From positions 43,568-107,567 of the forward strand of contig CAZJSY010000002.1 in NCBI GenBank assembly GCA_964548555.1: a stretch of 64,000 nucleotides of DNA, given 5' to 3'. Of the stretch, positions 59,280-64,000 are shown one piece after another (the first letter of the stretch is position 1; each line of letters starts with the position of its first letter). The notes under the pieces were generated by a model. It had not been told where the DNA came from. It saw nothing but the letters and a program-made list of their open reading frames with translations, and did no database searches. The DNA comes from an uncultured Burkholderiales bacterium. Lineage in GTDB: Bacteria > Actinomycetota > Acidimicrobiia > IMCC26256 > JAMXLJ01. Position numbers and translations under genes: made by a program.

Positions 59280-59311
59280 GATCAGGGCCGCGACGATGCG
59301 CGGCCCTGATC
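59280..59311. terminator. Hairpin between cupin gene and tRNA 3' end
   Basis: GATCAGGGCCGCG-N6-CGCGGCCCTGATC, 13-bp perfect stem. Confidence 0.7.
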
Positions 59312-59313
59312 GG

Positions 59314-59401
59314 TGGCGGAGGGAGTGGGATTTGAACCCACGGTGCCCGGAGGCACAATGGTTTTCGAGACCATCCGATTCGGCCGCTCTCGCATCCCTC
59401 C
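59314..59401 (-). tRNA. tRNA-Ser(CGA)
   Basis: GGAGGGA...ATGGT-CT-CGA-AA-ACCAT, long variable arm, GGTTCAAATCC, encoded CCA; 88 nt. Confidence 0.96.
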
Positions 59402-59453
59402 GGGGGAGATTCTAGGGGACGCCTCTTCGTGCCCCGGAGGCCGGGGTCAAGGA

Positions 59454-59939
59454 TCAGAAGGACGACGCGGTGCGTCGTGCGGCGAAGAAACCGCTGAGCA
59501 AGCTCCCCGCCTCCTCGCCGCGCACGCCGTCGACCACGACGAGCTCGTGGTTGAGTCGCGGGTCGGCGCCGAGGTTGTAGAGGCTCCCGAACGCGCCCGC
59601 CTTCGGGTCGGCCGCTCCGAATACCACGGCATCCAAGCGCGCCGAGAGCGCAGCGCCGGCGCACATCGGACAGGGCTCGAGGCTGACAACGAGCGCGCAG
59701 CCCTCGAGCCGCCAGGTGCCCAGCCGCTCCGCCGCATCGCGTAACGCCAGGATCTCGGCGTGCGCGGTCGGGTCACGGCGCAGCTCGCGCTCGTTGTGGC
59801 GGCGCGCGAGCACCTCGCCGTCGTCGAGACGCACGACCGCCGCGCCGACCGGCACGTCGTCGTGGACCGGCGCGGCGCGCGCCTCGTCGAGGGCGACCAC
59901 CATCCAGAGGTTCAGGTCTTCGGGATCCACAACGGGCAT
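59454..59939 (-). CDS. tadA: tRNA adenosine deaminase
   Basis: DVPVGA, DPTAHAE, LEPCPMC, D.KAGA. Confidence 0.93.
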   Translation of the reverse strand: MPVVDPEDLNLWMVVALDEARAAPVHDDVPVGAAVVRLDDGEVLARRHNERELRRDPTAHAEILALRDAAERLGTWRLEGCALVVSLEPCPMCAGAALSARLDAVVFGAADPKAGAFGSLYNLGADPRLNHELVVVDGVRGEEAGSLLSGFFAARRTASSF

Positions 59940-59943
59940 CTTG

Positions 59944-61059
59944 CTAGGTCAGCATCGACAGGCCCCGACGGCCTTTCGCGGCGGTCTCGAACGCGAGCGT
60001 GTCGTACGCCTCGAACAGTCCGTACGAAACCTGGCCGTCGCACTCGAAACGCATGTGGTGTTGGTCGAGACCGCAGATGCGCGTGCGCACGTGAGGATCG
60101 TTCGCGTCGTAGGTCTCGCCGGTGACGACCCCGTCCCCGACGTACATGCCGTGCCAGATGTCGCCGTCGGGAGTGCCGCCGTTCGGGCCGCCGTACATGC
60201 CGCAGCGCAGGAACGCGATCTGGTTGCCGAGTCGCTCGAAGGTCATGGTCTTGACCTCGCCCGACGGGAATTCCATGTCCACCTCGCCGCCGAGGAGCAG
60301 ACTCGTGTCGTCTTCGAAGCGAAGTCGGTGCGTGCGGCGGCGCAACGTGGAGCTTCCGGGACGCGGATCACCGAGGTTGCGCATCAAATGGTCCCCCCAC
60401 GCGCTCCACTCCGGGAACTGCACGAACGCGCCCGACAGGACGTGTTGCCATCCGGACCACCGCCCCCGACCACCGACGCCGTCGCGCGTCCCCCAGTGGT
60501 GGTCACGGGTGCCGTTGAAGTGCACACGTGTGAGGTCGAAGCGCGTGTCGCCGGCCCGGACCCAGCCTTCCTCCACACCGAAGCCGTCGTAACCGGCCAC
60601 GCCACCGAACGGCTTACCACCGGCGATCATGCCCGCGCCGAGGTTGCGGAACACGGCGCGCTTCGTGTCGAACCAGCGGATGTCGTAGCTGATGCCGTAG
60701 TCGTTCTCGTCGAGGACGAGACGCCACTCCCGGAACGGTTCGACCACCTCGTACGCGATCGGTCCGATCCGCATGTCCATGCGGTTGTCGCCGAGCAGCC
60801 GGTGTGCGCGCACGGTCGTGTGCCGTCCCGCGTGGTTCACGATCGCGAATGCCTCGGCGGTCCCGAGGTTCGGATAGAACGCGAGGCCGCACACGACCAG
60901 CAGCTCGCCGGCGTCGTCTTGCGCGGTGAACCAGATGCGTTCGTACGCCTGCGCGTCCGTGGTCCACATCACACGCACGGGGTGCGGATAGTTGTGGACC
61001 AGGTACTCGTCGATGCCCGACATCGGGGAGTGCTCGGGGCTCGCGTCGAACACGGTCAC
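59944..61059 (-). CDS. Conserved hypothetical protein (Rv3169-like)
   Basis: DEY..H..P.P...YER.WF, YPNLG..EAF, VVEP, RDH.WG.R. Confidence 0.7.
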   Translation of the reverse strand: MTVFDASPEHSPMSGIDEYLVHNYPHPVRVMWTTDAQAYERIWFTAQDDAGELLVVCGLAFYPNLGTAEAFAIVNHAGRHTTVRAHRLLGDNRMDMRIGPIAYEVVEPFREWRLVLDENDYGISYDIRWFDTKRAVFRNLGAGMIAGGKPFGGVAGYDGFGVEEGWVRAGDTRFDLTRVHFNGTRDHHWGTRDGVGGRGRWSGWQHVLSGAFVQFPEWSAWGDHLMRNLGDPRPGSSTLRRRTHRLRFEDDTSLLLGGEVDMEFPSGEVKTMTFERLGNQIAFLRCGMYGGPNGGTPDGDIWHGMYVGDGVVTGETYDANDPHVRTRICGLDQHHMRFECDGQVSYGLFEAYDTLAFETAAKGRRGLSMLT

Positions 61060-62108
61060 GGGCTCCTCTCGAATCGTTCGATCTTGTGGTCGACCCAGCG
61101 AAGGACGGCGTTGTCGTCACCCACACCGCCGGGATAGTCGACCCCCGCCGACCGCGCGATGCGGGCCTGACGGTCGTTGACCGCGGTGGAGCGCACCAAC
61201 GCGAAGATCTCGTGCCACTCGAGATCGAGGACCGCTCGACCGAGCTCCTGCTCGTACAGACGCACTGCGTCGGCCCGGTCGAGGAAGCCCGGTACCACGC
61301 CGCCCGCGTATCGCGCGGTGAGCTCGTCGAGGGCGAGATACCAGGCGAGGTCCATCTCGGCCGGCCCGATGCTCGCGAGCTCCCAGTCGAGGAGCGCGAC
61401 GAGCGCGCCGTCGTCGTCGTACATCGTGTTGCCGAGGCGTGCGTCTCCCCAACAGAGTGACCCGTCGGGTTCCGACGAGGGCATGTTGTGCCGGCACCAT
61501 CGGGCCTGTTCCGCGAGGCGACGCGCGGGCGAGCCGTCGGCGGCCCAGTCGATGTACGACGCCCACCAGCCCAGCTCGGCCGCGAGCTTGTCGGTACGGT
61601 CGCCACCTCGCACGAGCGTGGCCAAGCCCGCGCCGCGCCAGTCGATCCGGTGCACCGTCGCGAGTGCCGTCAGGAACTGCTCCTGCACCGAGCGCTGCCG
61701 TTCGACCGGCGCGTCGACAACCCACGGATCACGCGACGGCGCCGCGCCGACCGCGCGCCCGGCGACGAATGTCATGACGAGAAACGGGGCACCGAGCCAA
61801 CGCTCGTCGCGCTCGACCGCGATGGGGCGCGGGACGGGCACTCCGCACCGGGCCAGCGCGTGGAGCACGCTCGCCTCGGTCCGCAGGGTGTCGTCGGGGA
61901 ACGACGGGGTCAAAGGGGGCACGCGCACGACGACCTCGTCGGTGCGGTCGGGCCAGTCGACGCGCGCGAGCAGTGTCTCGTTGGACCACCCCGTCGACGG
62001 TCGTCGGAGCCGCACCGTGCGTACGGCCGGCCCTTGCGGATGCAGGGCCGAGGTCCACGACGCGAGCCCGCTGGCGAGCGATGCGTCGTCCCGGTGCGCG
62101 ATTGCCAT
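61056..62108 (-). CDS. APH-family phosphotransferase (Rv3168/ACAD10-N-like)
   Basis: G.SNET, LG.PF.VM..V.G, CWGDARLGN, LLDWE. Confidence 0.85.
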   Translation of the reverse strand: MAIAHRDDASLASGLASWTSALHPQGPAVRTVRLRRPSTGWSNETLLARVDWPDRTDEVVVRVPPLTPSFPDDTLRTEASVLHALARCGVPVPRPIAVERDERWLGAPFLVMTFVAGRAVGAAPSRDPWVVDAPVERQRSVQEQFLTALATVHRIDWRGAGLATLVRGGDRTDKLAAELGWWASYIDWAADGSPARRLAEQARWCRHNMPSSEPDGSLCWGDARLGNTMYDDDGALVALLDWELASIGPAEMDLAWYLALDELTARYAGGVVPGFLDRADAVRLYEQELGRAVLDLEWHEIFALVRSTAVNDRQARIARSAGVDYPGGVGDDNAVLRWVDHKIERFERSP

Positions 62109-62121
62109 GGCGGACCGGATG

Positions 62122-62145
62122 TTACAAACTCTGGTGGATGTGTAA
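62122..62145. promoter_or_regulatory. Candidate TetR operator in divergent promoter
   Basis: TTACA-N14-TGTAA in an AT-rich patch. Confidence 0.5.
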
Positions 62146-62166
62146 AGCGGAGCCGGGCCTGGCCTG

Positions 62167-62763
62167 ATGGGAGCGACACCGGTCTCGAAGACGCGGACGC
62201 CGCCGCCCACGACGGCCGAGCGCATCCTCGATGCAACGCTCGTGACGCTCGCACGGCGCGGGGCCAGCCGGCTCAGCATGTCCGAGGTCAGCGCGGCAGC
62301 CTCGATCTCGCGCCCGACGCTCTACCGGTACTACCCGACGAAGGACGACCTGCTGTTCGCGCTGGCACGCCACGAGCAGCGTCGCTTCGACGAAGCCCTC
62401 ATGGCCGCGCTGGCCACGCAGACGACCGCGGGCGGCCGGCTCGACGCCGCGATCCGTCATCTCGTCTCGTTCCTCGATGCGTACCCCGGTCCCCAACTCG
62501 TGAATGCCGAGCCGGCGTTCGTGCTCGAGCGTCTTCGCGAATCGATGCCCGTGCAGACCGAATCGTTGGAGCGTCTGCTAGGAGACGCATTGTGCTCGAT
62601 ACCGGCCGTCCGCCGCGGCGACGCGACGGCGCGCGACGTCGCGGCGGTCATCGTGCGGCTCGCGATGTCGCATTTCCTGTTGCCCAACGGGAGTCCCGAC
62701 GCCTTGCTGCGCACGCTGCGCGCACTCGTCGGCGGACCGGAGGCTCGTGATGACCGCACTTGA
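62167..62763 (+). CDS. TetR-family regulator
   Basis: RILDA, SM.EV...A.ISRPTLYRYY.TKDDL. Confidence 0.9.
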   Translation: MGATPVSKTRTPPPTTAERILDATLVTLARRGASRLSMSEVSAAASISRPTLYRYYPTKDDLLFALARHEQRRFDEALMAALATQTTAGGRLDAAIRHLVSFLDAYPGPQLVNAEPAFVLERLRESMPVQTESLERLLGDALCSIPAVRRGDATARDVAAVIVRLAMSHFLLPNGSPDALLRTLRALVGGPEARDDRT

Positions 62764-63940
62764 TCTCGACGTCGACCCGGAGAACGCCGGTCTGTTCACG
62801 CGGGACGACTACTACGACGTCCTCGCGCGGCTACGACGCGATGCTCCCGTGCACCGGTACGCGCCCAACTCCTGGGCACTCGCCCGTTACGCCGATGTGC
62901 GAGAGGTGAGCCGCGATCCCGATCGGTTCTGCTCCGGGCGCGGTGTGCTGATGCACGATCCGTTGCGCAGCGGGGGCAGGATCGACGGTTCGATCCTGCG
63001 CATCGACCCTCCGCAGCACGGCACGTGGAGGCGGGCGGTCAGCCGGCGCTTCACACCGCTCGCGATCGCGCAGCTCGAGCAACGGGTGCGCAATCTCGCG
63101 CGCGAGGTGCTCGATGCGATACCGCGCGCCGCGCAAAACGACGCGGAGTTCGACTTCGTCGACCAGGTCAGCTCGCCGTTCCCGGTGCTCGTCATCGCGG
63201 AACTGCTCGGTATCGGCGACAAGCACCGGGCCGACTTCCGGCGATGGTCGGACGCGATGATCGAGTCGCCCGACAACCCGGGCGCGAACCTCGACGACAT
63301 CGCCGAGCTCTGGCGCTTCCTCGGACGGCACGTCCGTGAACGGGCCCAGCAGCCGCGCGACGACATCGTCTCGGTGCTCGTGACCGCGGTGATCGACGGC
63401 GCGCCCATGAGCATCCAGGACGCAGTCGGCTACTGCCTCGCGTTGCTCGTCGCCGGGAACGAGACGACACGCCACCTTCTTTCGGGAAGCGCACTCACGC
63501 TCTTCCAGCATCCCGACCAGCGACGCTTGCTCGCCGACGAGCCGGCACGGCTATCCGCGGCGGTCGAAGAGTGCCTGCGGTGGGTGACACCGATCCAGGC
63601 CTTCGGCCGCACGGCCACGCGCGACACCGAGATAGGCGGGCAGGCGATCGCCGAAGGCGACTGGGTGGTCATGTTGCACGCGTCCGCGAACCGTGACGAG
63701 ACCGTGTTCGGTACGAACGCCGATCGTTTCGACGTCACGCGGCCGGTGGACGTGTCGCACCTCGCGTTCGGATTCGGTGAGCACCTCTGCCTCGGGGCTG
63801 CGCTCGCACGGCTCGAGACGCGCGTGATGCTCGAGGAGCTGCTCGCCCGCCACCGGGACTACGAGATCGTCGGCGAGCCCACGTGGACCCGTTCGACGAT
63901 CGTGCGCGGAATGTCCTCGCTGCCCGCGCGGTTCGCGTGA
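62750..63940 (+). CDS. Cytochrome P450
   Basis: DPP.H, AGNETT, EE.LRW, SANRD, FGFGEHLCLG. Confidence 0.95.
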   Translation: MTALDLDVDPENAGLFTRDDYYDVLARLRRDAPVHRYAPNSWALARYADVREVSRDPDRFCSGRGVLMHDPLRSGGRIDGSILRIDPPQHGTWRRAVSRRFTPLAIAQLEQRVRNLAREVLDAIPRAAQNDAEFDFVDQVSSPFPVLVIAELLGIGDKHRADFRRWSDAMIESPDNPGANLDDIAELWRFLGRHVRERAQQPRDDIVSVLVTAVIDGAPMSIQDAVGYCLALLVAGNETTRHLLSGSALTLFQHPDQRRLLADEPARLSAAVEECLRWVTPIQAFGRTATRDTEIGGQAIAEGDWVVMLHASANRDETVFGTNADRFDVTRPVDVSHLAFGFGEHLCLGAALARLETRVMLEELLARHRDYEIVGEPTWTRSTIVRGMSSLPARFA

Positions 63941-64000
63941 CGCCCACGAGCAAGTCGATGCGCACGAGCATCGCCGAACTGCTCCACGCTCGGGCGTCCG
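63937..64000 (+). CDS. Probable next gene (5' fragment), possibly an acyl-CoA ligase
   Basis: GTG overlapping the P450 stop; VTPTSKSMRTSIAELLHARAS. Confidence 0.35.
   Translation, partial: MTPTSKSMRTSIAELLHARAS

Noticed and set aside
59314-59401. Integrative element at tRNA-Ser
   Set aside because: No integrase and no duplicated tRNA 3' end noticed

Overview
High-GC actinobacterial chromosome segment. Gene content (split Rieske/cytochrome b operon, rex-hem cluster, mshA, SCO1664/DUF3090 cluster, many SDRs) suggests class Acidimicrobiia (inference). About 70 densely packed genes, mostly core: bioF/bioA, a lipid-catabolic SDR patch, a CDF/YcnI metal island, SirB1-LonN-DksA-MaoC-MoaD-RsiG-XRE-mshA-ybjN, proC, a BldC/Xis-like HTH, rex-sirC-hemA-hemC-cobA/hemD-hemB-hemL, a b6-type Rieske/b operon, ArsR-SRPBCC/clpP, lgt, an ABC exporter, a SufR-like regulator, purE, gmd, FAAL, nhaA, an frhB-like gene, metF, a LAL regulator, tRNA-Ser(CGA), tadA and a TetR/APH/P450 module. 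No integrase, transposase, CRISPR array or rRNA was seen. Best leads: (1) a candidate unannotated structured sRNA behind a phased (TGCGT)6 array upstream of proC, possibly linked to the nearby BldC/Xis-like HTH; (2) an RsiG-type c-di-GMP anti-sigma factor plus two sigma28/WhiG-like promoters driving secreted proteins; (3) an orphan clpP sharing twin operators with a divergent ArsR/SRPBCC pair; (4) a 30-nt structured nhaA leader and an NhaA-receiver-like fusion; (5) a cysteine-free DksA/TraR-family protein; (6) an Rv3167c-Rv3168-Rv3169-like module with a P450. All family calls come from motif recognition by eye; no database searches were run.
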